A DNA stretch of 64,000 nt from the human T2T-CHM13v2.0 reference genome, Homo sapiens (GCF_009914755.1 NC_060947.1), one strand, 5' to 3'; numbered from the stretch's first letter, positions 16,117 to 32,469 are shown. Program-made: numbers and translations. Notes: a model not told the origin generated them from the sequence alone.

Positions 16117-17366
16117 GTGCGTTTTAAAATCACTTTGTTAAAGATATCATCTCATTTTTTAAAGAGTAAAATAAAATGATATTAATGTATTTCAAATTTT
16201 GAGTAAGCCATCACCCCAATTTTTCAAAATTTATGTAATTTAAAGCATAGTGGAGAAAATTCATCAATGCAGTTTTTGCAATTACAGGTGGATTATGAAT
16301 TTTCATGGTATGTATATTCATTTTCAAACAGCTGTGTTTCCATTAATCTATAAAGGGATCAGACAAGGTCAGCCCTGCTACTTACAAATCAGTAGTTTGC
16401 CCAGCTTCATTCTTTTAATCTGTCCAGTCATGCTTCTGCCAAAAACTTGATATAAGCAAATCATTAAGAATGAATCCATAAATCTGATTATCAATTTTTC
16501 CTAGTGATTACTTTAGATACACAAATTTTATCTTGCCATTTGATATGGTGCCAAATAAATCTATTTGAGAGGTGACTAGAACAATTTAATTTATTACTAG
16601 CATTTCTGAACATATATAGATAAATATTTTTCATGAGGATTTCAAGGTAAGGCAAGGTCTTTAGCATATCCTGTATCATCAAATTGAGATTAAATTTTAG
16701 TCAATATTCTGTTAATGTTAAATATTTTCATTTTTTTACAATTATTTGAAAACAGAGTGTTCATTTGTTGTAAAGGGTAAGTAAGCCTTTTAACAAAAAA
16801 GAGTCAATCAGTTAATTTGAATAACCTACTCTGGCTTGATTTGGGTCTTAGGATGGAGAAGTTAGAGAGAAGAATAGATAGAATATTTGGTATTCTTCAA
16901 AATATGTGCAGAGGGGCCACATTTATCAAGTTAATGATCAATTCTTTTAAATTACTTATATGATATAAAGAGAAATAGATAACTCAGATTTGGGTATGTG
17001 AAATAGTACAATGCACTTGAATGATCTTGGAAAATATATGTTAATGAAATAACTAATGTGCATGTTTCAGATAGATATGTTCAGGGGATTTTCACACTTT
17101 TATAAATATTCTGCCAAACTATGATCTATATAATAACTAGTGTTAAAAATATGCCCCAAAACATATAAATAAGACATTCTGATATATATCATCTGAAGGT
17201 TTTGACCTGGAGGATATATAATATGGGAAAATTTCTCAACTAATGCTGATCTATTGTAAAGATATATTTATTTATAAATTCATTCAGGAATGGAAGGCTA
17301 CAAACCTCTTGAGCAAATTTCAGTGAAATGCAGATATGTTTGAGTATATGAAGTGAAAACAGAAAG

Positions 17367-17470
17367 AGAAGGATTTGGAAAGAAGGGAACTCTTGAATAC
17401 TGTTGGTGGGAATGTAAATTAGTACAACCACTAAGGAGAACAGTTTCGAGGTTCCTCAAAAAAACTAAAA
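17367..17470 (+). mobile_element. Short old L1 (L1M/L1PB) ORF2 fragment
   Basis: actgttggtgggaatgtaaattagtacaaccact...gaggttcctcaaaaaaactaaaat. Confidence 0.7.
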
Positions 17471-17549
17471 TTTAGATGATTTTTAAGTGAGCACTTTGGG
17501 GTGAAGTTCCTGCAATGACATCTCCTTATCTGATGAAATGGAAAAATAT

Positions 17550-17710
17550 TCAGGAGTCAGATAGATATGGATCACAGTTTTATGCTTACCTCTTACCAGA
17601 CATGCTACTTTCAGCTTAATCTTTTTGACCTTTAATTTCTTCAGTCATAATATGAGGATGATAATTATCACAGGGGCAGAATTGGGAAGAATAAGCACTT
17701 AGTATGGAGT
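17550..17710 (+). mobile_element. MIR relic
   Basis: ggagtcagatagat...cttaatctttttgacctttaatttcttcagtcataatatgaggatgataat resembles the MIR core. Confidence 0.5.
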
Positions 17711-17829
17711 AGACATACCTGCATAGAAGATTTTTGAACATGCTTTAAGACATTTAAGTACTTATAGAAGTGTGAGGCTTATCACTTGACATAATAAATT
17801 GAGTAACAGAGTGGACAGTCTCTCTCTAA

Positions 17830-18027
17830 AGCAACACTTCACAACAGAATTTTCTGCAAGGACGGTAATCTGTGTGAGAACAATGCAGTAGCCACCAGTC
17901 ACACGTAGCTGTAGAGTCCTTGAAAGTACTTAGTAGCTAGTGCTACTAAGGAACTAAATGCTTAATTAATTCCATTTTAATTTTAATAGCCACATGTGGT
18001 TAGTGGCTATCATACTGCACAGCACAG
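17830..18027 (+). mobile_element. MER3 (hAT-Charlie DNA transposon relic)
   Basis: gtagccaccagtcacacgtagct...aatagccacatgtggttagtggctatcatactgcacagcacag, with internal inverted repeats. Confidence 0.75.
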
Positions 18028-19357
18028 CCTAAACAAATAAAAAACGTTTATTTGGACAATACAAATTAATAGATAAAATCAAAATGAGACCTTACCAAGT
18101 TTAAATCAGATATTAGCAATAGGGTCTCTTCAACTGACCATCTTGACAAATGTGTTGTTTTAAAACGTAGTGCTTTATTCAAAGAATAATTTTGTCGTGT
18201 CTCCCTTAGGGCAGCTTAATGAACTTCCAAGAAATTTCTGATTTGTCTTGAAAGCTGCTTAACTAATTCAAATAAAACAAATAAGCCTGCTGGCATAATT
18301 TTAGCTTTGTTAAAATGTGCTTTCATTTGACATTCTTTGAAAGATTGTCAGCAAATGACAAAAAGTCTCACTACAGGTTCTTAGATGAGTCTTAGAAATG
18401 CTCTAAAATTTCTTTCTGTTTTAGAATGTGTGATAAGCCTAAAGTAACTATATGATGTGCCTAAAGTACTGGGGCATTTGTGTGGCCCCGTGGACAAATA
18501 CTGTTTTGACTGCTTGTTAAAAATAATGAGAATGGAACACAAAGCATAGCCCCAGGCATGCAGAGGGCCATGACATGGGCGACTTTAACTGAATGCACTT
18601 TGACTCGCAAAAAGGCCCTGTCATGAAAGTGGCATATATGCTATGGGAAAGGAGACTTAAAGAAAAACAGAGAAAAGAAGCATGTGTTGATTCATCCATA
18701 AACTTTAGTAAATTTTACAATGTGAAATAAGTAGGCCAACCATAATAATTTCTTTTAAAAATCCCTTTGTCCTGCAGAATAGGATGAGAATTTAATTAAT
18801 ATTAATTTGCTCTACTTTTGTTGAATAGACAAGAATAGAAAAATCACCGTTTATCCTAACTAGGCTAATATAAAATGTATATGAATAGTTCAAATAGCAA
18901 AGGGAGAGAAGGGAGAAATATAGAGAAAAATTCTAGGAAAAAAGCTCAATTTAAATATTTAAATAGGTCAATTTATACATGAAGGTGTCCTACTATTTAC
19001 TATTTGATATTAATTAACTGAAATTAAAGGCATTGGTGGAAAATATTTATTAAATGTTTAAAATGTATGTAGTATAAAATTTCATAAGACTTAAAACTTA
19101 GAATATTTATTTCTAAAACTAATATATACATATATTAATTTAGCTTACGTTTTTATGAGTTTCAGTATACCTTGGCACAAACAGGGAAAGTATTATTTCA
19201 CATTTTAAATATTTGGAAAATGAGTTTCAGAGTGATAATGTATTATGCTTATCATCATATGACTGGTAAATGATAGAGGTAGGAACCAGAGTGCAGTTCC
19301 TGACTCCTAATCAACAGACAGATTGTAGATGGATAGATAACCTTCAGAGCAGGATCA

Positions 19358-19710
<353 letters not shown>

Positions 19711-22700
19711 GGAAAAAGTGGGGGAATGAAGTGATTACCAAGTAATTCTGCTTGTTTAAAAAATAAGTAAAAATAAAACTTATTTATGTGACTTTGATGC
19801 GATTAATTTTCAACTTTTTAATGGATCATGTTACTCTTTAAAGAAAAAAAATCATCTATAAGAGTTCTTGATGTTATTAATAGTTACCACTTAAAAAAGA
19901 ATCCAGATTTGAAAGCTTCTCTTTTCTCTCTTTCAAGTAAAATCATACTGCAATGCTAATTCCCTATATACATATAGCTATTTACATACTCACACACATC
20001 GTACTACACATTGCAGTATTTCGAAGAACTGTTGTTCAGGAGTAGGAAATCACAGATCTCTTTAACTTTCACTTTTTAATTCAGATGGCCTGTTATTTAT
20101 AAAGCTTTTTAAAATATTGTAAGTATTTTTTGACAGGGAAGCCAACATTTTCACAAATAGAAACATCCCTCAAGCACCCAGTCTGACTCAGAATATGTAT
20201 ATAAACCACAGGGACTTCCTTCTTTTCTCATGGTAGGAACTCAGGGGAAATTAGTTTATATAATGATGTTACAGTTATTTTTATTTTCTGCTTCAAATTT
20301 CCATCTTCCCTGGCATATATCAACAGTCACATTTCTGTACTAGCCCAGTGACAGTGTGCTGATTGATTTCCTTAAGGCAGGCATGACAGTGTTTCAAAGG
20401 TTGACAATTTTTGTTGACAGAACATGAAGATCAACTTTTTCTCAGGTTAGTGATCCTACTCAAGGCCTTCCCTTGTTTCTACCCATCCCATAAGGCATCC
20501 TCATCTTTTCCATGAATCTCAAAAGATCATTTAAACTGGGGTAGTCTTTTAACATAGTCAAGATGTTTGGGCCCTTGTTTCTATTTTAAGTAAACATCTT
20601 CCCCATTGATCAAGAGCTGGACTGGATTTATGAAACTAAGGTTAGAATTAGATTTGTTTTGCGATCTGGGGTTAGAAAATCTAAATTGTGAAAAATCTCA
20701 CCTACCACAAGATTTAGAAATCTTGATTTAAATTGCCAAGAATGAGACATCAAATAATACATTGTGAAGACAAAGAGCAAGCAAACTTTGTTGTTCTGAA
20801 GAAATTAATATTTTTTAACATTATGTAACCATAACTCAAAGTGATGTGTAACATTAGAAGTGAGTAAAGATTCATTGATGTCAGTGCAGAGAGAATATAC
20901 TATAACAATGAGTATAACAATTTTAGAAAACTTACTTAGTTTATTTGCCTCCAAGAGGCTCAGAAGAGTTTGAATATAATGATTTCCTCATTTTTTCAAA
21001 TATAAAATGAAGTTTCACTTAAAATTTCTCCATTTCAGCTTTAAGATTACTTGATTTTATAGTCTCTGAATTCTATAATTTGCATATTAATATTTTTGAT
21101 CTAATGTTAAAAAGCAAAAGAGATGACAATCAAATGCTAACGACTATGAGGTTTCTGAAAGCTGGGGTTATTATCAAAGTACACTTCCACTGGGGAAAAA
21201 ATGACAACATAAAACTCATTGTCTTCATAAATGAATCTTTATTAATGCTGTCAGGTCTTAACAAATGAGAGTGTGACACTAATAGGATTAAGTAACTTTT
21301 GACTTCATTACTATTATCAGAGTCTTGGTTAGTGTTCATCGTCCACTAATGCCTTTTGTTAAATACATCTGTTATTAAAAATCCCACAGTATGGATGGAC
21401 ACTTATGGAACGTAAGTTGGACATCGTAAATAGTTCAATTCTGGAATTTATAAATTGAGGCTCTGAAGAACAAATGTGTTCCCAAATCTGAGTGATCTAC
21501 TCACATCATGCCTCTTAACTTAATATTACCAACTAACTATAAGAAGCACCACTAAATTTTATGTTATTAGATACAGATGTATTGATCTGTTATTTCATTG
21601 TCCACTGTATCTAAATAAAAATAAATTTGAACTTAATATTATTCTTGCCAAAGGAAATGACTTAAATCCTAAAATAAAAACATATTTTTATAAGACAAAA
21701 TTAATTGGTATAGAATTATTTAATGAAAACATGAGGTTGTATTACACAGATCTAATTGTCTTTAACAATTTTGATCAATGCTAATAATCTAAGATTATAA
21801 ATATCCCAATGTGGGTAGTTTTCTTGGCATAAATTATTCTTTTTGTCTACACTGATTTATATTGATTATATAACAACACTGCTGTGGAGACACTCTCTTA
21901 GTGAACTGAAGTGTGATCTTTCAATCTTAGATAAAATAAATTGATGGATTGGTAAGATTTCTGTATCAGAGGTGATGACACCTTGTATGAGAAGTGATGA
22001 TAAAAGCAATAAGGTCATTCTGCAGAAAACTTTCTGAGTTTGTTTGAGTTTTATCTATAAAATAATGTATCTATCTTCATGATTTTACCAGGGTATGAGT
22101 TTGGACCAGTTTTTGATGGAATTGGTCTTTAGCAAAAACTATAAAGTGCAGATGAAAACTAATTCTCACTTAAAAATCAAATACTGAAGAAATTAATATT
22201 CTCCCTTTTGTATTTATCAGTGTACAGTCATCTTCACAAAACTAATCAAGAATGAATAATTAAATAATCTAGTAGCCTAATAGACCAAATAAATTGCTTT
22301 GACCACAAATTAAATTTTAGCAGATTGTTGTTCAAGTGTCTTTCAATTTCCCAGTGCAGGTAGATGTCACTGGAGGAAGGAAAATATTGAGTCTAATTTA
22401 ATTAAATAACGCAGAACTTAATTTTCTTAATTATTTTTGAAATGTCCTTTTTTCATTGGTCTTTTGCTTGCACAAATTATATCTTCACCAATCTATTCTA
22501 CAAATAGGTAATAAAGTGTTTTATCCATAAAATGTTAAATATCTATTACTAGAGCACTAAGGGCATCAAAATAGAATACATGTGGACACACACTTTTTAG
22601 CAATTAAAACTATAAAAATATCGCTAGTTATCTATTTTGTATTTCCTTTGAAATAGAAGAGGTACTTCTAGGTGAACAATCATAAGAAACCTATTGCTTA

Positions 22701-23252
22701 TTCTTTATACATTGGAAGAGTATTTAGTGGTAGCATGTTTTAATTGCTGCATGCACATATCTCTATACTTGCTGGTAAACTGAGGAAAGTAGTATAACGT
22801 CATATATAGGAAACATATTTTAAAAGACATATTTTGCAAAGTAAGTGTGAATTTTGTTTCATTAAGCAAAACAAAGGATTTTAAAAGTTGAAAATCATAA
22901 AATGAAGTTTTGGATTTTCTAACCTAATTTACATTTGTCTTTGCGATCTCACTTAATCTGGAATTTTATTTTATGTAGAGTATTATCATGAATATTTCTC
23001 ATCCTTTTACTTATTTTATATATAGAATTTCATTATTTTAAGCTTCTTCAATACAATGAAGTGAAATTCTAAAGAATGAAAGGCTGTTCTATTAAATTTT
23101 GTCTAGATGTAACAACTGACTGCTAACTAATATCTTAGTCTAATTCCAGTAATCTAAATTTAACACATATTTAATGAGTGCTCAATGTACAAAGTCTTGA
23201 GGGATAAAAAATGTGTTTGGAAAACAGTCAGTGTCCCCAAGGAGATTAATAA

Positions 23253-23685
<433 letters not shown>

Positions 23686-26403
23686 ATATTTATTATGTTA
23701 TAAGAACATTTTATCTTAAATTGATCATGCTGCCATTAAGAAAATGGAATTATTTAAAGTTTTATTGTCTCAGAAAAGTTAAAATTTTATATCTATTTTT
23801 AGTAGATTTTTACCAAGCACTCTCATTAACTTATGATATCTTATTTTGTTACTAGGTTTGCAATTATGGCAGTTAATACTTTTTGCCAACATTTATCTGC
23901 ACAATCATTTTGAGACTGGAAATAAAACCTTTTGATGACAATGGTAATTCTTGTGCTAGTTGTGGTAATTACCTAAGTCTTTCTATTATCTTAATTCTCA
24001 AACTTGTTATCTGTGCCTACAATTCCTCTCCTATATAATAGAGAAAATTAAAATTATCCTTATGTAGCATGCAGGGATATTATAAAAGCTAATGATGTAA
24101 GTAAAATCTATAAAGTTTGCTGAGTACCCTGAAGAAAACTGTTCTGTAAACAATAGTTATGGGTTTTACTCTGTAGGTTGAGGTTAATTACAGTCTTTCA
24201 CAATTTTTCTAAGAGTTGATGCTTCATACTCCTTAAAAAGCCTATTTTACGACTTAAACTTAGTTTTCCATACATGTTTTATGTATGTATACAGAGAAAA
24301 ATATGACAACATTAATCTATTTCTTGATCAGTGCCACTGGCTCTACATTTTTTTCTGGACCTAGTTCAGTTTTTGTTTTGTTTTGTTTTGTTTTAAGTCT
24401 TCCACTTACCCTCTTTGGCTTATCTCTTGAATCAAATGTCTCCTCTTCATTTGTCTTTGTCTCCTCGTGGCCCTCCATATGACAGTGATACTGCTAATAT
24501 GAGTACTTTCTCATATACTGCCTCTACCATCTGGAATTGCTTTATTTACATCTCATTCATATGCCCTTATTTTTTTAAAAAAGATTTCCTCTCTTGTCTT
24601 TTGTTTTTTCAAGCTGAGAACTTATTTTCCTATCCCCTTTCTAAGACAATCACGACTGTTTTTTTTTTCCAGTAGATTTTGTAGAACAGGTGTGTAATAA
24701 CATACTTGAACTTTTTTATTTTTAATTATTCTAAATTAAATAGGTCTTAAAATATCCTTTTTCAAGCAGAAGATTTGCTATAACAAGCCTTTCCTGGATG
24801 CTAGTATGTTTTTCTGGCTTATAAGAGAGCCAAGATATCCTCTGAGGACAAGAGTTGTTTAGAAGAATTCATTTAAAATAGTTTGACCAGGGAAATATAG
24901 CAGAATAAACAGCCTGCATCCTAAGGACAGTGGAACAAGGGGAGCATTGCTGTCAGTAATGCAAATAACAAAGTAAATGGTTAACAGAAGAACAAAGTTG
25001 TGTTCTAGATAATCATATACTGCCTCTACGGTCTGGATGCATGAATTCTAGAGAAACAATTTAATGGACTATAAATAAATTAAGAAGTTTAAGACTTTAT
25101 GGATTACTTTTAGTTGAACAGAGTGCTTTATTTAAGTCACTGAATGATTATATGGATGAATTTTAGATTGCGTATAGATATCAAAAAGCCAAAGAATATG
25201 ATCATGCTTAGTTACAAACTAATGCATATTCAATTAACTCATTAAACTACCTTCAATAAATAAGTAAATATAAAATGAAGGCTACTTACATTGTTTGAAT
25301 ACACAATATAATAAGATTCTGATGCTGATTATTTGATTTTGTGTTTAGTGGTTTCATACTGCTTTGGCTTGGAGGATGTAAGTATTTAACAGATCCTGTG
25401 TGTTTCAGGAGGCATTTAAATCTTTTAATTTTGCTGTGAGGAAAGTTATTCCTAAGGGATCAGTCACAGATAGCTATATTACCCCCATCAAATGCATCAT
25501 TTTCCTAGATTCCAAACCCTATGTAGAAATCTCCAAGTTGAAGAAGTAACAATGACCATGCTATCAATGTTTAATCCTTTGGAAACCATAGTAATGGTAT
25601 AGGAATGCACCTTTTTAACTAGAAGTACTCATGGGCCTGGAAAAGTGAAGATGACCTCATTGGGGAATGGATATATGGCCCTAAATTGGAAAGTCATTGG
25701 CTGGCTTCTGTATAGGCTATTTATAGCCCATTTATTCATCTGCAGCTTTTAAGATTCTAAACATTTCTCTATAATCTATTTTCCCTATAGTTAGAGGTTA
25801 ATTATACTCTGTTTATCTATATGTTTAAGATCAATTACCTAACTGCTAAAATGAAAGCATTTTCATATAGCTAGAGCTCTCACACAGAAAACTAGTTTAC
25901 GTGTAAGGTAACCAGTTTAATAAAACTGATAATCTCTTTAGCTCTTAGAAATTGGATTTTAATTATTTATCTAATAGACAAGACTTCTTAAGCTATATTT
26001 TCTACTCAAATATACTAATGGAAATGTAAGTAATTTAAAATTTTTCTCCAACTGTTTTGTGGATGTTTTGTAAATTGTAATCTCATTGTAACTATGTCTG
26101 GTGTTCTACAATCTAGACTATAAAGGTGTGAAGCAAAAAAAAAATGATTTCTTTCTGAAATAATGTTTTACATTACTATTTTACACCACAAAATAGTGAC
26201 TGGCCTTATTTTAGGTATTGATTAATGTAAAAAATGGCATTTTACCCAATAACCTTCCTGTTATTACCAGGCAACTATGGAATTTAGTGACACAATTATT
26301 TTTGTTTCTTTTTTTCATCTTAAGGAACAAGTTCTTAATTAGATTAGATACAGCTATAAGTAAACATAAACTATGTTCTTATGTAACCTCAAGAGTTATT
26401 TTA

Positions 26404-26756
<353 letters not shown>

Positions 26757-27213
26757 TTAATCTGTTGCTGCTGTTAAGTTTCCTTAAATTTGTGATTATT
26801 TCAATGAGTTAGTGATAGTTTATTCACCCATATTTGTGGTGCATTGCCACAAGGAATTATTGACACTTCTTTTTACTGACAACAGCTTTTTTGTTTTGTG
26901 TTTACAGTGTGATGTTGAGAGTTTTGTTGTTTCCTCACAAATAACTGACTGCATAACTCTATGCTTTCCTACATGGTTAGCAATTGCTATTTCATGAATA
27001 ATTGGATTTGCTTTCCTAGTTGCAGTTATCAGTCGGTGCTTCTTAAAAAGATAGCTGTTTATTTTGATGACTGCTTAGGCAATATTTATTATTAAGTATT
27101 GCTTTCTCAAATGATTTTTCACAGAGGCAGTGGACAAATGGTTTGACCTGTACAGTGTACAGTGTACAAAGTTTCATTTTGTAGCTTAAAGAATGAATTA
27201 TCTTTGTGTCCTT

Positions 27214-27397
27214 TGTGTGTGTGTGTGTGTGTGTATTATAGAGACAGGGTCTCACAGTGTTGCCCAGGCTGGAGTGTAGTGGCTTTGCACAGGCACAATC
27301 ATGGCATGCTACAGCCTTGAACTCCTGGGCTCAATCAATTCCCCTGCCTCAGCCTCCTTAGAAGCTGAGACTACAGGCTAGCACTACCAGGCCCAAC
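27214..27397 (-). mobile_element. Fossil Alu monomer (FAM-like) with (TG)n at its tail
   Basis: Monomer carrying the 7SL-like segment gtggctttgcacaggcacaatcatggcatgctacagccttgaactcctgggctcaa, which dimeric Alu arms lack. Confidence 0.75.
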
Positions 27398-27470
27398 GTT
27401 TTTTGTACATTTTTTAATATGTATTTTATCCTCTTATGAATTTTTGTTATCTATTTGCCCTGTATAATAT

Positions 27471-27562
27471 TAGGATGGGTATATCATTTATCCTCCAAAT
27501 TAAGATTAAACAGGGACATTAAATTAAATTAAACAGGGACAACCAGAATATATAGTCACAAT
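27471..27562 (+). mobile_element. Possible MER81-like (hAT-Blackjack) relic
   Basis: taggatgggtatatcatttatcctccaaa...gggaca...tatatagtcacaata loosely resembles recalled MER81 termini. Confidence 0.35.
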
Positions 27563-28261
27563 ATTTAAAACCCCAAATTTCTACAGTAATTCCTTCTTTT
27601 CCATTTTACATCCTTCTTCTCAAGGTCTCGTCTACCTTGAGCCAGAGAGCTGCCATCTTCTGCAAAACATCATTGGGGTCAACTATTACTTGCACAAACT
27701 TGAACTTCACTCTGTTTTAATTTAGCAGAGCGACTCTCAGGCTGACTTGGTTCTGTTGGCAAAAGACTAGCTTCTGAAGAATTGTCTAACAGCAGAAACG
27801 CTGTCATCAAGCTTACATAGGGTGAATTTTTTTCTGAGCTGGCATTGTTCATCTAATGTAGTGTTTTCTAAAGCTAAATTTTACACACACAAAAAAAACA
27901 GACATGGAAAACAGGCATAATTGCATTTAGAATTATGTTACTTTTGGACATAAGATTTCTATTTCCTTTGATATTATTCAAATAGGTGAAGACTATGTCG
28001 TTTGCTTCTATGCACTGATCCACAAAATGTAGGAGGTATTAAATGTCTTGCCAAGTTACTAAACAAGTAAAGTTTTCAGAAGCTCAATGTGTGACCGAGT
28101 TTCTCCTTTTCTACACATATTTCCCTAAATAGCCATTTGTCTACAGGCCATGTGAGTATAGCCTGAAGACAGGATGAGATACAGAGCCACTTAAGCAGCT
28201 TTCCAAAATGAGGTTTTAGATTGTGGAGCCAAAGCTCTGAGTGGTTTTTGTAAGAGAGGAA

Positions 28262-28417
28262 TTTTTTTTTTGTTTTTTTTTTTTTCTTGAGACAGAGTCT
28301 CGCTGTTGCCCAGGCTGAAGTGCAATGATGCGATCTCGGCTCACTGCAGACTCCGCCCCATGGGGGTTCACTCTATTCTCCTGCCCCAGCCTCCCGAGTA
28401 GCTGGGACTACAGGCAC
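28262..28417 (-). mobile_element. Truncated Alu (right arm only)
   Basis: Poly(T) followed by gagacagagtctcgctgttgcccaggc...gggactacaggcac. Confidence 0.88.
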
Positions 28418-28471
28418 ATTCTTTATGACTGTATCTCCATGGACATATTCTTCATAAATATTTAGAACAGC

Positions 28472-28725
28472 TTATACTGTCTTCTATTATACTGGCTTGA
28501 AGATAATTGATACCATTGATGCAGGATCAAGTGTTGTCTGTCTTTGTTCATCTACATTACAAAACATGGTGTCACCAATAATCTAATTATTTTTGTTATA
28601 CTTTCCTGTGTTACTGGTTTGAAGATAATCGATACCATTGATTTGGGATCAAATTTGTATTTTGCTGTTTGTCTCCATTCATCAACAATACAAAATGTGC
28701 TGTCACCCATAATAGTTTATTTTTG
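28472..28725. repeat. Diverged tandem duplication, 2 x ~125 bp
   Basis: actgg(c/t)ttgaagataat(t/c)gataccattgat...ttcatc(t/a)aca(t/a)tacaaaa...tgtcacc(a/c)ataat is present twice. Confidence 0.85.
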
Positions 28726-29339
28726 CATCATATGTTTTGGATTTCTACATTCATTTGCCTGAATTTTTCACTCAGGGTTTTGGATATTATATATTTCATA
28801 TGCAGCATGTATCATTTGATGGTGACTTAAATGCCTGTATCCTATTATAACAGAACTAATCACTTTTCTAAAGATAAGTATAAGTTTGGTCCACAAAAAA
28901 ATTTCTACGTACATTGACTCATTGAACCTGCTACGATGAAGACTTCTACTTTACAATTCAACTATGCATATCAGGATTACTGATTTCTTTATATGACATT
29001 ACTTATGAAAAGAAGTAATTTTATGAATTACTAAACACTTTCCAAGTATGTTTATTTTGAAACTTGCCTTTAATTAATAGAGATAGCTTGAATATTTAGC
29101 ATAGTCCCTAATAAAAATAATTGAATTAAATTTAAGTATCTAGTCAATAGAATTAATAGCAATTGCTATAAACCTAAATAATTATGGTGATAATAAAAAT
29201 CAAGTTAAATACGAGATGTGGTATAGAGTTCAGTTAGCTTAATAATCTAATGTTTTACTAGTCCACATTCAATTTTAGAGTAATGATGTTGAAAATGCAA
29301 ATTACTTATTATTAGGTTCCTTAACTTTACTATTTACTT

Positions 29340-29570
29340 ACTTTTTAGTTTTTTTAAAGTTTTATTTTAGGTTTAGGAGTACATGTGCAGGTTTGTTATA
29401 TAGGTAAACTCCTGTCTTGGGGGTTTATTGTACAGATTAATTCATCACCCAGGTACTAAGACAGGTAAGTACCCAATAGTTATTTTTTTCTGCTCTTCTC
29501 TCTCCTCTCACCCTCCACCCTAAAGTAGGCCCAATATCTGTTGTTCCCTTCTTTGTGTCCATGAGTTATC
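29340..29570 (-). mobile_element. Old L1PA (about PA15-16) 3'-end fragment
   Basis: ttttaggtttaggagtacatgtgcaggtttgttatataggtaaactc. Confidence 0.8.
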
Positions 29571-31536
29571 TTTATATTAATTATTTTTATTTCACTACTT
29601 GGCAGTTTGCCAAATCAGAAACTTGATTTTGATAAGAGAAAAATGTCTATTTCAGAAGTTAAAAATCCGTATTTACCAAATGTTTACCAGTCTACTATCA
29701 TTGATAGGGTTCACTATATTTCAATATATATATCCCAGTGTTGTCAAATTTTTGAGGTATTGTGATTTTATTAGTGTTTGATAACGAAAACATAACTTCA
29801 AAGTCTATTACCTGAGCATTGCTTTAATATCCAGGATTCTTTGTACATGCCATTATGTTCCTGAAAGTACATTTAGCATAATATGTATAGCTAATTTATT
29901 TGAAAACATAGCCAATTCTTCATTATTCAGAAGTTAATAATCAAATTTCATGAATCATATCCCTCCCCACTACATCCTACTACATTTCATTTTCCTTCAA
30001 AATACTTTAAAAATACTTCCTAGAAATTATCTACTTTAGCAAATGCATTTCAAGATTCTCAGAAAATATTTTTTAATAGTCCAGAATTATTCATAGGATT
30101 AGATAAGCTCAAATCTCCATTAGATGTTCTTTTCTGTTATTAGTAAACTCCCCTCTTTAGTTTAGTTCAGTGTTGTAGCACCCTTATTCTTGGTTTCTAT
30201 TACATTTAGAGTATCTTACAAGGAGCAGCATCTGTTACTCTTCTAAGAGATTAAGTCAAACCAAATAGGTGTGTCTATTTAGAATAATAGGGATTTTTAA
30301 GAGAATTATAATTGGATCTTGTAGGTGTCACAAACCTCAGTGTAATAGGCATCATTGATAAGAGATTCCTCTTTTAACTGTTTATTTTGGCATTGCTACA
30401 TTCGTTTTGAAGATTTTCTTGGTAGCCTTGCATACATTTTAAACCATTTTTCTTACAATTAGATGCTGTGATAACATATAGAGGCTGTGGATACCTACAA
30501 TTTTAACTTCTGCTTTGATTCCCAGAAGGAAAGTATAAATATTATACTGGCTCTGATATATTAGAACTTTACATTAATTTTTAGACAAGATAAAAAGTAT
30601 TTTTAAAATATTTTCTACCATATTGCTCAATTATCATCCTTTTATCATAGCAACTTATCAATGTTACAAAACGTTTTTGTGGGCATTATAGTTTGGAACT
30701 CAATTTTGAGAACATTGTCTTAAAAATCTTATCAAGATATGACTTTCCAAATACAACATTTGTATTACAATTAGATGTATACCTTGTTCTTTTTTCACTT
30801 TTAAATTAAAACATGTGGCTGCTCACGGATTGAAAACAGGTTTACCTATATATGTCCTTACCAATTGGTAAGCATTATTCAAAGTAGATCATAAAAAGGA
30901 GACAAAAGCCTTGATATTCCCAATTAAAAAGATTTAAACTAAAAACTCCTTCTGCTAACTGTATACTGTTGAAGCATTTATTGTATAACCCTTAACTGTC
31001 AAGAACTGCCACATCTTTTGATATTTGTGACAGCTATTTTAGGAGAATAAGGGAGATGCAATGTTATAATAGGTAAGGGATGAAGATCAGCTTCCTGGTA
31101 GATTACAAAGTAGTGATAATTCTGCTTTCATCCTATTGTGTTTTTTTTCTGCACTATAGATTGAATTACATATTATTGCTCAATGTGATGCTGATTAATT
31201 AAGATGTAGGGAGCTGTGGAAAATTATCCATATTTTGTCATAAACATGTTTACTGACTGTACATCAGAAAATCACTAAATAATGCATGAAATTATAAAAA
31301 TTACATTAAAATATTAAAATTACCTGTAAAACCTAGGTATTTAAACCACTGTAGTTTTTCATATGATATTGTCAGATCAAATACACTTGCCACTTTCATT
31401 TAAGAAATAATTACCAATATTAGATGTAACTTAAACATAAAATAAAAAGAGTTGGACATTTATTCATATCAAATAAATAGACTAATGTCTTCTATGGATA
31501 CGTACTCTTTTCCATATTTTTGGTTGTTCTTCTTCC

Positions 31537-31648
31537 ATTTTTAATTTTTATGAGTACATAGTAGGTGTACGTATTTGTGGGGTACATGAGATATTTTGAT
31601 GCAGTCATACAATGTGTAATAATCACATCAGGGTAAATGGGGTGTCCT
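31537..31648 (-). mobile_element. L1MA/L1PB 3'-end fragment
   Basis: tacatagtaggtgtacgtatttgtggggtacatgagatattttgat, similar to 33950-34050. Confidence 0.75.
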
Positions 31649-32071
31649 CAGTTCTTTGTCACCTGTGGTTTTAGCTCTGATTAAGAACTTGTCTTGGAAC
31701 CTAAGTCAAAGTTTGATTTTAAATTTTTCGTTGAAATTGACAGGTCGGCTGAGGAAATGAAGATTTCTCCAGTTCTGTAGTCAGGTGGTCTGATCGTTAG
31801 ACTAATTGGATTTACATAAACCCAAGTATTATATTTTACATATGCATTGATTTTTATCACCTCTATTTTCAAGCTGTTGTATAAATGTTGCAGCTTTCAG
31901 GCCCTACTTCCATTGGTAACAAATAGAAACTGGTTTGCTGCTATTCTGTCCTGGCATACAAATAATCTAAGTCAAAAGCTTTGCTTTTCATGTTTTTCTA
32001 GGATAGTGAGAGGAAAAAAAAAATTTCTCCTACTCAAAGCATTTATTTCATTTCTATTTTCATAAAATTAG

Positions 32072-32469
<398 letters not shown>

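Noticed and set aside
27214-27397. Functional 7SL or other ncRNA gene
   Set aside because: It is a short, heavily CpG-decayed fossil Alu monomer.
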